The notes under the pieces are model-generated. The model made no database searches. It was not told the DNA's origin and worked only from the letters and a program-made list of their open reading frames with translations. A stretch of DNA of 64,000 nt from the human T2T-CHM13v2.0 reference genome, Homo sapiens. The stretch lies in NCBI RefSeq assembly GCF_009914755.1, contig NC_060931.1. One strand, given 5' to 3'. Every line of letters begins with the position of its first letter. The stretch's first letter is position 1. The position numbers were made by a program, and so were the translations under genes. Below are positions 1-15,185 of the stretch, in pieces.

Positions 1-1600
1 CCTTTGTAGCGGACGCCCCTCGACCCACCCACCCGATCCCGGCCGCACCCTGCTCTGCACCCGCACCCCACCCCCAGACCTCACCCTGCCCTGCCGTGCG
101 CTCAACAGCCAGATGCTGGGCCCAGACAAGCGCTCTTCCGCTAGTGTGCCGGGATGAGCGGGGGCTGGACTTCTAGAAAGGGGTCTGCGGGCGCAGGAGC
201 TGGGGTCCGCGGTCTGGGGCCGGTGAGCTGCGGCGAAGAGGTCAGGGAGGGAGTGGGAGGGTCTACCTTGCAGGAGCGCGCAGCACTGGCCGTCCGCGGT
301 GCTCCAGAGCCGGGCCGTGCCGTCCTCGCTGCCCGTCAGCAGGCGCTGCCCGTCGGGGCTCAGGCTCAGCCAGTTGATGCCCCCGCGGTGGTCGGCGCAG
401 ACCCTCAGGGCCGACCCGCCGCCCCCCATCCCGCTGGCAGGGCGGGGAACAAGAAGGAGCTGCGCCCCGCTAGGGAGGGGCGCCCCGGGGTCCGCGCGGC
501 GGCTCCGTACGACTGCGGCCCGCGGCCATCGCGGGGAACGGGGAGCCCGACTCCTGCGGAGGCACGCGGCGAGGGGAGGGTGAAGGACCCTAGCTCCCCG
601 CTGCCTCCAGCCTCTGGGCCCGCGAACCCAGGGCGCTGCGGGGGGCGGCCCACTCGGGACCTCCGCCCTGGGTAGAGTCCTGGGCGCGCGGGCAGAGAGA
701 ACCCCCTTCCCAGCACCGCTCGGAGGATCCACACCCCACCGGGCGAACAAGGCAGCTGCGTCTCTGGTGCACAAGGAGCCCCCCGCCTCCTCTCGCGCCC
801 ACGGGGCTGGGGCGGGGAGAGGAACACGGGAAGCCGAGCGCCCCGCGCCCTCCCCGGCCGAGCGCGGAACAATACGGTCCAGCCTGGCTCCTCCTCAGAG
901 ACCACCCCTCACCCGATCCCCTCCCACTTCTCGGGCTGCGCCCCAGCCCCCACCCCGCGCGCCTGCAGCCTCCCCCCTTCGTCGCTGTGCGGGTCCGGGG
1001 GACGGCTCCACGTGCGACCCTCCTAGCTGCCCGGGCTGCGCCTCTGGGCTCTGGCCTCTGCCACCTCCGCCGCCGCCGCCTGGGTCCCCTGAGCCAAGGG
1101 CCGGGACGAGGGAGGGGGAGGCGGACAAAGGGTCGGGGTCGGGGAGAATCGCGCGCCGGGAACTCATTTGGGGCGCAGCTCCACCGACCCCTCGGCTACT
1201 CGCCTCCACCAGGCAAGCCAGGTCCTCCCATGCTCTGAGCCCTAAGGACTCTGCCCGAGGGGCTCTCGGGGACTTGGGGGCGGTCCCCCAATGGAGGGTG
1301 CGACAGGGAAAGCCCCGAGTCCGCCCTCCCTGGGAAATCACGCGCACACCCAGGATTCTACTTTGGTCTGGCCGGAGTGGGGATGAGGTGCGAGCCGCTG
1401 CGGGGTCGGTGGAGCCGGGATGTCAAGTTCACCTTCCAGCCGCCGCGGGCTCCCTCGGCCTGGGGCGCCTCTAATGGACCCCGGGGTCGGCCTGAGCCCT
1501 CCCGGAGCGCCCGGCGGCTGGTTTCCATTAGGGCAGTTCCGGCGCCGACTTCGCTGGGGGCGGGGAAGGTGACCCCCCTACTCGGATCCCCCAGGTCCTA
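1..1600. promoter_or_regulatory. CpG island / promoter region shared by WDR86 and WDR86-AS1
   Basis: Very GC-rich and CpG-dense, with GC boxes and G-runs; it surrounds the WDR86 start codon. Boundaries are approximate. Confidence 0.9.
267..429 (-). CDS. WDR86: WD repeat protein 86, coding exon 1 (gene continues beyond the window start)
   Basis: ATG at 429 gives MGGGGSALRVCADHRGGINWLSLSPDGQRLLTGSEDGTARLWSTADGQCCALLQ, a WD40 repeat (H...LLTGSEDGTARLW). The 163 nt end at donor CAAG|GTAGAC (266). This exon is missing from the ORF track. Confidence 0.95.
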
Positions 1601-3344
1601 AAGGTAGCAGGATTTCCAGAACGCTCCAGGGCTCTCTCAGGAGCCTAGGGAGAAGGGCAAGGAAGGGGCGTCTTTGGCGAGCTAGCCCGCAATGGGACGA
1701 CCAGTACTGCACGCTCTGCTCTATCCAGACTCCAAAAGAAAACCCCATCGTGGGGTGTCCCAGGCCGTTGGGTCGTTTATACCCAGAGTGGCCTAACCAG
1801 AGAAATCCGTTCTTTTCCCTCAAAACTTGTAAAGCAGCTGGCGCCTCAGCTTAAGGAGCGTGGCCCTTCCTTAGCAGGTGGTGGAGAGAGGGGCAGTGGA
1901 GGAGCGTTAGGACGAGATTTGGGGTCATCCAGCCGGAGAGAGGGAGGCCGAAAGGAGAGACGTTTTCAGGAGGTGGAGGCTTCAGCATTTGGATGCCTGC
2001 GAGGCGGGAGAGGCCGGGGAGCCTGTCTTGTGCTGAGAGGCTGGGTAGACTGTTTTGTCCCCTACAGGCTGATCACCAGTTCCTCTTAGGAACCGGTGAA
2101 CCTCAGGGGGCCCATTGCACATCCAGGTGTGAAACTGCGGTGTGGCCTCCAGGTGAGGACAGACTCGGTATAGTGGGGATCTTGGGCAGGCCCTGCGGCT
2201 GCAGCCCTTGGGGAAGGTGAATGTGAGGACCATGGAGGCTGGGAGGGTTTATCCGGAGAAGTGCCAGAGGAAACCCAAACTTTCTGGGCAGAGGGGCCAA
2301 GGAGAACCAGGCATCGACTCTTTTGGAAACTAAGAGGGGAGGGGTTTGAAAGCAGTTTGGGAGCTGGGGACAGATCGTAGGTTGGGCGAGCTTGCCTGGT
2401 CGTGGGCCAGAGGAAAGAACCACCAGGAGAAAAGCTTAACTTTCAAGGAGGTCACCCAGGATTCCTGAGCAAGGTGGCACCCATGCACTCTGGTTCCTCT
2501 CCTCTGCAGCCAACACAAGCCATCAGCCCCATGCTCAGCTCCCAGCAGGCAGAGCGTTCAGAAGCGCCAGCGCCATCATCTTGGGAGCCTGCAGTCCACA
2601 CACCGCTGACCTTACCTACTTCCTCTTTCCAGGTTGATAGATTTTTTGTTCTTGGCTTCTCCACCTCCCCCACCCCTCCTTCTCCGGTTTGGCACAAAGT
2701 GGCCCCCTGGTGGGGATGAGCCAGCCATCTCTGGGGGTTGAGTCTGGACTGTAGAGCTGTGGGTGCAGATGTCCTCAGCCAGCCTGTCTTCCCTTTTCTC
2801 TTGCAGGTCGTAGATTACAGACTCTCCTCTGGGAAATTGCCCCCAGATCTAACAGGAGTACAAGAAGCTGGGTAGATTGGAAAACAGCACCGAATTCCCC
2901 TGGAACTGAGGTCTCCCCTAATTCCCCTGAAACTGGGGTCTCCCCCAACCTCCACCTTAAGATAGCAAAGCTATAGAGACCCAGGAGTCAGGCTGGGTCC
3001 CCAGCAGAACCTGGGCTCCCTTCCCCTTTCACACCTTTAACTCTTCTGGAGCCTCCAAGAGGGCCTGGAGTCCCGTGGTGCCCAGGCCCTCCTGGACCTA
3101 ATCACTTTATAAATGGAAGGCACCTTGGGAAGGGAACCTGGTAGGGTGTAGGAGGAAATGGTTAAGCTTTAAGAAGCAAGAAATGGGCAGTGTTTAACAA
3201 GTGAAGGGTTGGGGGGCGGGTGCATTTTGTGCCAGGGAGTGCTCATTCCCCGTGCCACAGGGACTGCCACAATTTACCCTGCTGGAAAGAGTGACCCTCT
3301 GGGGCCTCTCTGAGAAGCATGGTGAAAGCTGGATATTCCTGAGT

Positions 3345-3365
3345 TGTGTGTGTGTGTGTGTGTGT
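3345..3365. repeat. (TG)n microsatellite
   Basis: Read directly. Confidence 0.95.
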
Positions 3366-3733
3366 AGGTGGTGACAGAGGGAGGCACCTTGAGGGGCGCC
3401 CACAGGGAACGTCATAGCCAGAGCTTTGTCAGAATTGCTTTTTCCCTTCTGGCACAACCTGCAATGCTGGTGGTGAGGGTGCCTGTGGTCATCATCTTCA
3501 TAGTTTGGGTACTTACTGTGTGTCAGGTACTGTGCTAAGTGCTAGTATTTTTCAACAGGACGGAAGCCTTCCCAGTCCTGCAGCCACCTGCAGACTCTCA
3601 CAAGCACGGTGCTCCCGGGAGAAGACCTTGCTACCCCAGGCCCAAGGCAGTCGAGAGAAAACGGGAAGCCCTGAAGGTTTTTCACCCCGGGGGTGAGAGT
3701 GTATGATCGAAGATATATTTGAGGGTAATTGTA

Positions 3734-4081
3734 CAGATAGTCCCAACTTAGCATTGTTCAACTTTATGATGGTATGAAAGTGATGACATTCAGTAGAAAT
3801 TGTACTTCAAGTGCCAATACAATCAGTTTTTCACTTTTGGTGCAGTATTCAATAAATTACATGAGATATTCAACACTTTACTTTAAAATAGGCTTTGTGT
3901 AAGATGATTCTGCCCAAATGTAAGGCTGATGCCAGTGCTCTGAGCACATTTAAGGGAAAGCTGGGCTAAGCAATGATGTTCCACAAGTTAGGCATATTAA
4001 ATGCATTTTTGACTTAGAATATTCTCAACTTGCAATGGGTTTATCAGAACATGACATCGTTAATCACTCAAGGAGCATCTG
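3734..4081 (-). mobile_element. Tigger-family non-autonomous DNA transposon (MER47A-like)
   Basis: Termini CAGATAGTCC...GGAGCATCTG flanked by TA on both sides (3732-3733, 4082-4083); the body matches the recalled MER47A consensus. Confidence 0.8.
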
Positions 4082-4780
4082 TACCACTAATGACATAGAT
4101 GCTGGTTGCAGGAAGGCAGCCAGAGGAGGGCACAGTGTGGAAGAACTCAACTTTTTAAAGACAGAGATCAGCTTTAAATATTGCTAAGAAAGAACTTGGA
4201 GAGAGAAGTTGGTGATACCGGAGACAGCAGGCAACAGACAGAGTGAGAGGCCCGAAGAACAAGAGGAGGAGGGAGTCTCTTCTGGGAGCAGAAGGAGTGT
4301 CGACTTAAATATTAGGGAGCCAAAGATGAACCTCGCAGAGAACCTGCAAAACCCAGTTGCAGAAATACCTGCCCACACCTAAAAACTCAGTCACTGAAAG
4401 TCTGAAGTCAAATGATTATGTGAAATCTTAGTAGTGGGTACATGTGGTTTCATTAGATTATTCTTTGTATCTATATTTGTACTATCTTATAAGCACTATA
4501 AGTTTTAAAACCATACAAGAGGCTCTATGGAAAATAAATTGGACTTCATTAAAATTCAAAACGTGTGCATCAAAAGACACTGTCAAGAGAATGAAAAGAC
4601 AACCCATATGATGGGAGAAAATCACGTATCTGACAAAGGTCTACAATCCAGAACATATTAAAAAACTCCTACAATTCAACAATGAAAGACCGCCACCCAG
4701 TTTTAAAATGGAAAAAGGACTTGACGTTTCCCCAAAGATGTGCTCGTGACGAATGAGCATGTGAAGAGATGCTCACTGTT

Positions 4781-5082
<302 letters not shown>

Positions 5083-5812
5083 AGATGCTCACTGTCATTA
5101 GTCATAAAGGAAATGCAAATCAAAAGTACAGTGAGATGCCACTTAACACCCACTACGATGGGTAATCATAGGATGGGAAAAATAAAATAAGTGTGGGTGA
5201 GGATGTGGAAAAATCAACCCTCACACACTGCTGGTGAGAATGTAAGATGGTGCAGCTGCTATGTGACCGTCTGGCAGTCCCTCGAATGATTAAACATAGA
5301 GTTATAATGTGACCCAGCAATTCCATATATACCCAAGAGAAATGAGCATTATTCCTAATAGACAAGGGAAGAAACAGCCCCACGGTTCATCAGCCCATGA
5401 GTAGATTAACTAAATGTGGCATATGCATATAATGGAATACTGTTCCGCCATGACAAAGAGTGAGGTGCTGATAAACGGTACCACGTGCAGGGACCTTGAA
5501 AACAGATTAAGTGAGAGAAGTCAGTCACCAAAGACCACATATTACCTGATTCCATTCATCTGCACGGTCCAGAACAAGGGAGTCTACAGAGATAGTTGGT
5601 TAGTGGTTGCCTAGGGCTTGGGGAAGAGGTCTGGGGAGTGGAGAAGTGATGGGTATAGTATACACGGTTCCTTTTTGGGGTGATGAAAATGTTCTAAAAT
5701 GGACTGTGGTACTGGTTGCTTATTTTAATATATCTGTGAATATATTAAAAAACCATTGAATTGTACACTTTACATGGATCAGCTATACAGTATGTGAACT
5801 ATTTCTCCATAA

Positions 5813-6129
<317 letters not shown>

Positions 6130-8179
6130 AAAGCTGTTTTTAAAAAACCATACATACAGTGAGATATCACTTCATATCCACTAGTCTGGGCCATCATTTT
6201 TAAAATGGAAAATCACAAGGGCTGGTGAGGATGTGGAGAAATTGTAACACTCATGCAATGTTGGTGGGAATGTAAGATGGTACTGCCACTTTGGAAAAGA
6301 GTGTGGAGGTTCCTCAGTAAGGTTAAACACAGAATTACCATATGATCTAGTAATTCTACTCCTAGGTACATACCTCAGAGAATTGAAAACAGGTGTTCAA
6401 ACAGAAATTTGGACTTAATGTTCATAGCAGCTCCATCCACAATAGCCAAAAGGTGGAAACAACCCAAGTTTCCATGAACAGATAAACAGATCAACAAAAC
6501 GTGCTATGTTCATACAATGGAAGAGTATTAGCTCCAAAAGGAAGCACTGATGCATTCTACAACATGGTTGAGCCTAGAAAACATGCTAAGTGAAAGAAGC
6601 CAGACACAAAAGACCAATGTATGACTCCACTGATGTGAAATCTCCAGAATGGACCAATCCCTACAGAGGGGAGCAGATCAGTGGCTGCCCAGAGCTTGGA
6701 GGAGGGGAATAGGGAGTCACTCCTTCCTGGGCACCAGGTTTCGGTTTGGGGTGATGAAATGTTCTATAACCAGACAGTGGTGATGGTTGCATAACATTGT
6801 AAATATGCTTAATGCCACTGGATTGCACAATTTAAAATGGTTATGATGGTAAATTTTATGTTATGTGTGTTTTACCACGTACACACATAAAACTTATTTT
6901 GTGCCATTAAAAAGAAAAAGCTCTATGAAGCACCTCTATTATTACTACTGTGATTAATGTTTGCAGAACAATATCAGAGAATTAAAAGTATTTAATGTTT
7001 GGAGAATAACATATGGCCATATACCCTTAGAACCCAGTATGTACATGTGTCTAGATTGTCAGTGTTGCTGGAGTCCAGAGAAGGATGGGAGCAGCGCTAG
7101 ATGTCCAGAGAGCCCTGGTGTCCCTGAGCCAGGCCATGCGCTCAAGGGCTCAGATCTCCCCCACACCTCCCACTCCCTCACATTCAGAACAGCGTTCTCT
7201 CCATCTGGCTCCAAGGGGTCAATGTCTATTCCAGTCAGGTTCCGCATTTCAAAGGAGGCAGCGTCAAGAGACCAGATCGTCTGCTCCTGCTAGGAAGTCT
7301 TTGTCCTGGTCTCTGTTGGTCACTGCCTCTAGCCCTGGAGTCCAGAGTCAGGCCCAGCTGAGTTAGAGAGTTGCTGCTTGGAGCCTGGCCCTAGGCACAG
7401 AGGGAGGTCCGGAATTGGGATGCGCATAGGTTTCTGTGGTCCCCCAACACCTGGGACTGGAACGTCTGGGCCCTTCCTGGGTCTCTCACCAGGGCTATGT
7501 TATAAGGACAGGGCGGTTCTGGAGAAAGCCAGCTGGTAAACATCCCATCCCCCCAAATTTTCACTTTATCCCCCATACAGCCTCTTCCTGGCAACTTCAG
7601 AGAAATGTCAGAGGCTAATGAGATAGAGGGAATGCAGTTTTAAAACAGCTTTCAAAATTCACTCACTTTGACTTCTGCTTCTGGCCAAGAGGGAGTAACA
7701 AGGACCCATTTACCCTCCTGCCTCCTCTCTGAAACAACCCTAAACAAACACAAAATATATGAAGCAATTGTTTTCAAGACACTGTACACCAGGTGGTGAA
7801 GGACAGCAATCCCCAAGAGACGGGAAAAAATGAGGCGAGCCGATGACTGGCCCGGTTTACTGCCTTGAGAGAATGTCCAGACCACAGAGCAGGAACGGGG
7901 ATCCCAGACGGAGCCCAGTGGACTTCCTTGGTTGAGGAAACAGCTGAGTGTCTAGGGAGAACTAAGGGACTGGAGTGAGCAGGACAGAGGACTAGAGAAG
8001 GGAGAGCCCTGGAGCGCTACACAGGTTCCCCCTCCACATCAGCTGAGTGTCCGTCAGCACGTGCATGGGAGGAAACGACTCCAAGTAGGATAGGGTCAGA
8101 GGCAACTCAGCATCTGCACAGAGTGGAGAATAGTGCAGACAGAGGCGTGAAGACAGTTGCTGTGGATAAGAACACATGG

Positions 8180-8522
<343 letters not shown>

Positions 8523-8717
8523 CTACTTGGGGGTAGCAGGTGGGAGGAGGGAGAGGATCAGAAAAAATAACTGTTGGGTACCTGGCTTAGTACTTGGGTG
8601 ATGAAGTAATTTGTACAACAAGTCCCTATGACACGAGTTTACCCATGTAACAAACCTGCACATGTACCCTTGAACCCAAAATAAAAGTTGAAAATAATTT
8701 TTTAAAGGACAGTTATT

Positions 8718-9025
<308 letters not shown>

Positions 9026-9734
9026 TCAGTGATTGTACTGTATTCCATATGTTCAAAAACTTATGTAGGAACATGGAAGATATCAAACAGTTCAAAATTG
9101 AACATCTAGAGATGAAAGCAATATCTGGAATTAAACAACACTGGGTGGGATTAACAGCAGATTAGATGATACAGAAGAAAATATTAGTAAACTTAAAGAC
9201 ACAGCAGGAGAAACTATCCAAAATGAAAAACAGAAAGAAAAAGGAACTTAAAAATGAAAAAAAAAATCAGTGATCTGTGGGACAGGTACCCTAAATATAT
9301 GTAATTGGAGTCCTTGTAGAAGAGGAGAAAAAGGAGGTAACAGAAAAAATATTTGAAGAAATAATGGCTGAAAAGTTTCCAAATTTGATGAATAAGTCCA
9401 TAGATTCAAGAAACTCATTGTACCCCATCACAAAAACATAAAACGCACAAACTACCAAAGTTGCATCAAGAAGAGTATGTAATCAAAATAGCTCTATATC
9501 TATTTTTATTTATTTTTAAAATCGAATATCTGGATAAAACGTTCCACAAAGAAAATTCAAGGCCTAGGTGGTTTTACTGGGGAATTGCATAAAACATTTA
9601 AGGAAGAAATAATACCAATTCTCCACAAAATTTCCCAGAAAACTGAAGAGGTGGGAACACTTCTCAATTTATTCCATGAGGCTGGTATTACCCTGATACC
9701 AAAATCAGAGACATTATTTGTAAAGAAAATTATA

Positions 9735-10434
<700 letters not shown>

Positions 10435-11756
10435 TTAAAAATTTTAGCAATTGAGTTCAAGAATGTATAAAAACAATAAAACATGGTAACCAAGGTTTAT
10501 CCCAGGAATTCAAGGTTGGTTTAACATCCAAAAGTCAATCAATGTATGGCATGAGGATAGGCATATAGATTAATAGAATAGAATTGAGAGCCCAGACATG
10601 TATGGACCATTCAGCAGGGGAAAGAGTAATCTTTACAAAAAATGCTGCTGGGACCACTGGATAGCCATATGCAGGATACATTTGGGCCTCTACCTCATAC
10701 CATATAGAAAAATTAACTAAAAATGAATCAAAGACCTAAATGTACGAGCTAAAGCTCTAATGCTTTTAGAAGAAAACACAGGTGTAAGTTTTCTTAATCT
10801 TGGATTAGGCAATGACTTCTTAGATACACCTAGAGAATAAGCAAACAAGGAAAAAAAATCAGACTTCATCAAAATGAAAAGCTCTTGTGCTTCAAAGTAT
10901 GCTATCAAGAAAGTGAAAAATCAACCCACAGAATGGGAAAAATATCACAAATCCTTCCAGCCTCAGACCTGGGAGATACCAGATGTTAAGGAGAAAATCC
11001 AAAGGACTTGGAAGACCCTTCCTTGACCGCTTCCTCCATTCTCAGTGCATTTCTGAGGACCGAGACAAGCAAGCCACGGCAAGGCTCTTGGCACCTGGCA
11101 CAGTTCTCCCAGCCCAGATGGAGATCTCAGACCTTCTGCACATAGGCACCACATGTCTTGAAAGGGGCTTTTGTTCTTATCTGCCACAGTAAGGCACCGT
11201 GGTTAGAGTGTGTGTGTGACTGGGAGGGACGAGGAGGGAGCCCCATGCAGGAATGTCTGTTTCCACTCACTCCATAGGATTTCTAACTGCCCACAAAATT
11301 ATGCCTTTGCTTATTCTTTGTGTGGATTCTGAAGCCCAGCTTAAGGAGTGCTGGGGTTGCTAATCCTACAAAGGGTATTTTGTGTGAGTTCAGTGTCCTT
11401 CCTAGTGGGAGCCAGGGCTGGTGGGGCCATCCACTCCACACCCGCCTTTATGTTGCTGGGAGCAGAAAAAGGGAGAAAGTGGGAACCATCCAGATTCTCT
11501 GGTTGCGGTGAAATAAATGAGTTTAGTGAGTTTAAGCAAGAAAAATGGATTTATTGAAAAGAGAGCAAGAGAAGATAGAGATAAATATCCAGATTTGAAG
11601 GATAAGCACTAGGGAGATGCCAGGGAGCTCGGCAGCTGGGCCTTGTGGAATCATCTCCACGATGTTGCTGCAAGTGGACTTGGCTCCAGCCTGCTTTTTC
11701 CCAGTGTGCTTTTGCACCAAGTTTAATTCCAAGGAGAGAAGGCTTAAATACCTTAC

Positions 11757-12247
<491 letters not shown>

Positions 12248-12799
12248 TCAGAATACACATGTGATATTATAGCAGCTGCCCTCTTCAAGGATGCCTGGCC
12301 TTCACATTCAAAGGGTGCCAGGTCTGTGGGCTGACCCGGGTCTGGGAATTTCATAACAGGCCATGGTTCTCTAGCATGCTGGTTCTACTTGGGCCTCTTG
12401 CAACCTTCCTGAGTCTACAAAAAAAGGGGGACATGAGTGGATTGATTACCGACTTAATTTGGGGGATACCTGTCAATCATCCATGACCTGAGATTTTGGA
12501 AGGTGAGACGACTCCCTGAGATCCAGGCTCCACTTAGCCCTACCCAGTGCACTTCCGGAGTGAAGACCTCCAGCTCCCAGTGCTCCTCTCACCCCTCAGA
12601 GATTGGGGATCCCCCTTCTATCACTGTCCCTCCCATTAACAATCCATGGCAGTTTACTCTTTGTGGCAAGGCTGAGGGTGGAGGAGTCGCCTGATTCCAT
12701 CCTGAGGTCCATCCCAAGGGGTGGGTGGGGTGGAAACACACAAAAGGATCTATTTCAGCATCTTGTCTCCCACAGCTCAGAACCAGTCCCTCTCTTATG

Positions 12800-13050
12800 C
12801 CAAGGGTTCCTAGCCTTTCTGCGCCACTTCAACACCATCAACTTTGCATCAGCAGGTTGTTAGGACATGGACAGCACCCCCTAAGCCAGTACACAGAATG
12901 CAGAATTGTCTTATCAATACCCTTGGTGCAAGCCAGAATCCAGTTCTTCCCTCTTTGGCCAAGAACCCTCAAAAATCCATTCCCACAAACATTCTCCAGA
13001 CTTCTGGCAATGTGGATGAGTGACCTCCGGCAGTTTCTCTAGGTCTCTCT
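12800..13050 (-). mobile_element. ERVL-class internal relic (gag)
   Basis: Minus-strand translation with one frameshift gives QKSGECLWEWI/LRVLGQRGKN, resembling the recalled ERVL gag motif QKSGE..WEWILRV.D.GGRN. The true extent is probably larger. Confidence 0.6.
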
Positions 13051-13584
13051 GTACTTCTCCCTCTAGTCTAAGCCACACACGCTGAACTCCTGTTATGGGG
13101 CAAGCAACGCTACATAGTGGGCTGTGAAGGGAACTCTTAATTCTCTCCTTCAAAAGAGGAGCATCTTTCTCAGGTAAGAGGAACATAGTGGGGGGTGTTT
13201 TAAAGGACTTGGGGGATCTGGAGGTTCTAGTTTTCCAAATACTCCCAAATATCCCCGTTCCAATGGTTGGTGTCTCATTCTTTTTGTGTTAGTGCTTTAA
13301 ATTTCACATCAAATCTCTGGGAAGTTCATGCAGACAACTAACGTTTTCATTTAGCAACCTACAGGATTCGTCTCCAAACTCTGTCCCTAATGAGATTTTA
13401 GACTGGTCACAGGAAGGCCTTGAGTTCTGCTCTCCACCTTGAGAGGAGCTTTGTCGGATTTAATCTTGATGTGCATCCAAATATCCAGTGCTGTCAGAGG
13501 CAACTACATGTCAGCTGCGTTCTGCATTCTTTTAAAATTATGTTGCAACAGCAACTGTACGACCCTCAAAACCCTGCCTCAGTG

Positions 13585-14144
13585 TGTTGTACCTGAGCGA
13601 GTTAGAGAAAATGCCACACTTTGAGATGAATTAAGAGTCCGTTTATTTAGCCGGTGGTCAAGAGACAGCTAATGCTCAAAGTTCTCTTGGCCCTGAAGAA
13701 GGGACTAGATTTTCTTTTATGCTTTGGTTTAGAAAGGGGAGGGGGTCTAATTAAAACAATTTTACAGAAATAAAGTAGGCAAAAAACTTAAAAGGATAAA
13801 TGGTTACAGGAAAGTAAACAGTTCCAGGTGTAGAGGCTTTAAGACTATTATAAGGTGTTAGAAGCGGGGCTTTTTGGGCGTTATCAATCAGACGAATTCC
13901 TGGGAACTGCGGATATAGCTTGCCACAGTATCTTATCAGTTAATTGCATTCTTGGATGTGCTGGGAGTCAGCTTGCACGAGTTAAGTCCTTGAGGAAGGG
14001 GCTGCCAGTGAAAGAGCCAAGATGGAGTCTGTCTGGCTCTCTTAGCTAAGGGAGAGTCAATTCAGGTGGAACCAAGGCTAGGTGATTAAAGGGAAGAGGG
14101 AGAGTCTAAAAACACGGTTAGTAAAAACAAGGTTGGGCATTACA
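13585..14144 (-). mobile_element. Solo ERV1 LTR (LTR6A-like, HERV-S71 group); strand given is the functional orientation
   Basis: 560 bp with TG...CA termini and a perfect 4-bp TSD AGTG (13581-13584, 14145-14148). Minus-strand AATAAA at 13642-13647 and TATA-position CATAAAA at 13715-13721. Confidence 0.85.
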
Positions 14145-14227
14145 AGTGCACACCTGGTTCCAGCTGGCCACGGAGGGTGGCCTGACTAGGCATGTGGCCC
14201 GTCTGTACCACAGGCAGCTCTCCCCTT

Positions 14228-15185
14228 TCATTTCTGTCATAACAAAGTACCACAAATTGAATGGCTCAAACAACAGAAATGTGCTGTCTTACAGTTCTGG
14301 ATGCTGGACGTCGGAAATAAATGAAGGTGTCAGTAGGGTTGGGTCCCTCCGAGGCTTCAAGGAATCTGTTCCAGGCCTCCCTCCCAGCTTCTGGCGGTTT
14401 GCTGGCCGTCTTTGGGGTTCCTTGGCTCACAGAAGCATCACCTGGGTCTCTGCCTTTATCTTCACATGGTGGTCTCCCTGTGTGTGTGTCTGTCTCTAAA
14501 TCCCGCCCCCCCTTTTTTTTTTTGAGACAGAGTCTTGCTCTGTTGTCGGTGCAATGGTGATCTTGGCTCACTACAACCTCCGCTTCCTGGGTTCAAGCAA
14601 TTCTGCTGCCTCAGCCTCCCGAGTAGCTGGGATTACAGGTGCCTCCCACCACGCCCATCTAATTAAATTTCCCCTTTTTATGAGGACACCAGTCATGATG
14701 GATCAGGGGCCCACCCTACTCTAGTAGGATCTTGATGTGGACTGAACTGTGCACCCCCAAAATTGATGTATCCGAGCTCAAACTCCAATGTGACTGTATT
14801 TGAACATAGGGCTTTATCAGCTAATTAAACTTAAATGAGATCATAAGGGTGGAGACCTAATCTCATAAGAAGAAGAGAGAGATCTTGTGCTCCTTCTGCC
14901 GTGTGAGGACACAGCGAAAAAGTAGCCAACTGCAAGTTAGGAAGGGGGCCCGTCACCAGGAACCAAGTTGGCCAGCACCCTGAGCTTGGAATTCCCAATT
15001 TTCAGAGCTATGAGGAAATACATTTCTGTGTTTAAGCCATCCAGTCTCTGGTATTTTGTTACGATAGTTTGAAAGACTAAGACACACCTCATCCTAACTT
15101 AACTAAGTGCATTGCAAGACAGTCCCATTCTGAGGTGCTGGGGGTTAGGAGTTCAATGTATAAGTTATGGTGTCAACCCATAATG
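14228..15185. mobile_element. Nested MaLR LTRs (MLT1-like, with a partial Alu and a second MaLR LTR inserted)
   Basis: MLT1 motifs (ATAACAAAGTACCACAAA, TCTTCACATGG, ATTCTGAGGTGCTGGGGGTTAGGA); Alu right arm at about 14513-14665; opposite-orientation LTR at about 14735-15085. Confidence 0.7.

Larger units (their letters stand above)
1..3880 (+). ncRNA. WDR86-AS1: Antisense lncRNA overlapping WDR86 exon 1 (extent approximate)
   Basis: Locus identity is recalled. Plus-strand splice signals: donor CCG|GTGAGC (223), acceptors ending 2067, 2632 (with CTGAC branch site) and 2806, donors at 2153 and 2217, and AATAAA at 3851-3856. The exon chain is not verified. Confidence 0.6.

Noticed and set aside
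154-1601. Long overlapping ORFs (up to 235 aa) in the WDR86 CpG island
   Set aside because: G/P/R/A-rich products expected from stop-poor GC-rich DNA; no domain similarity. The real exon is 267-429 on the minus strand.
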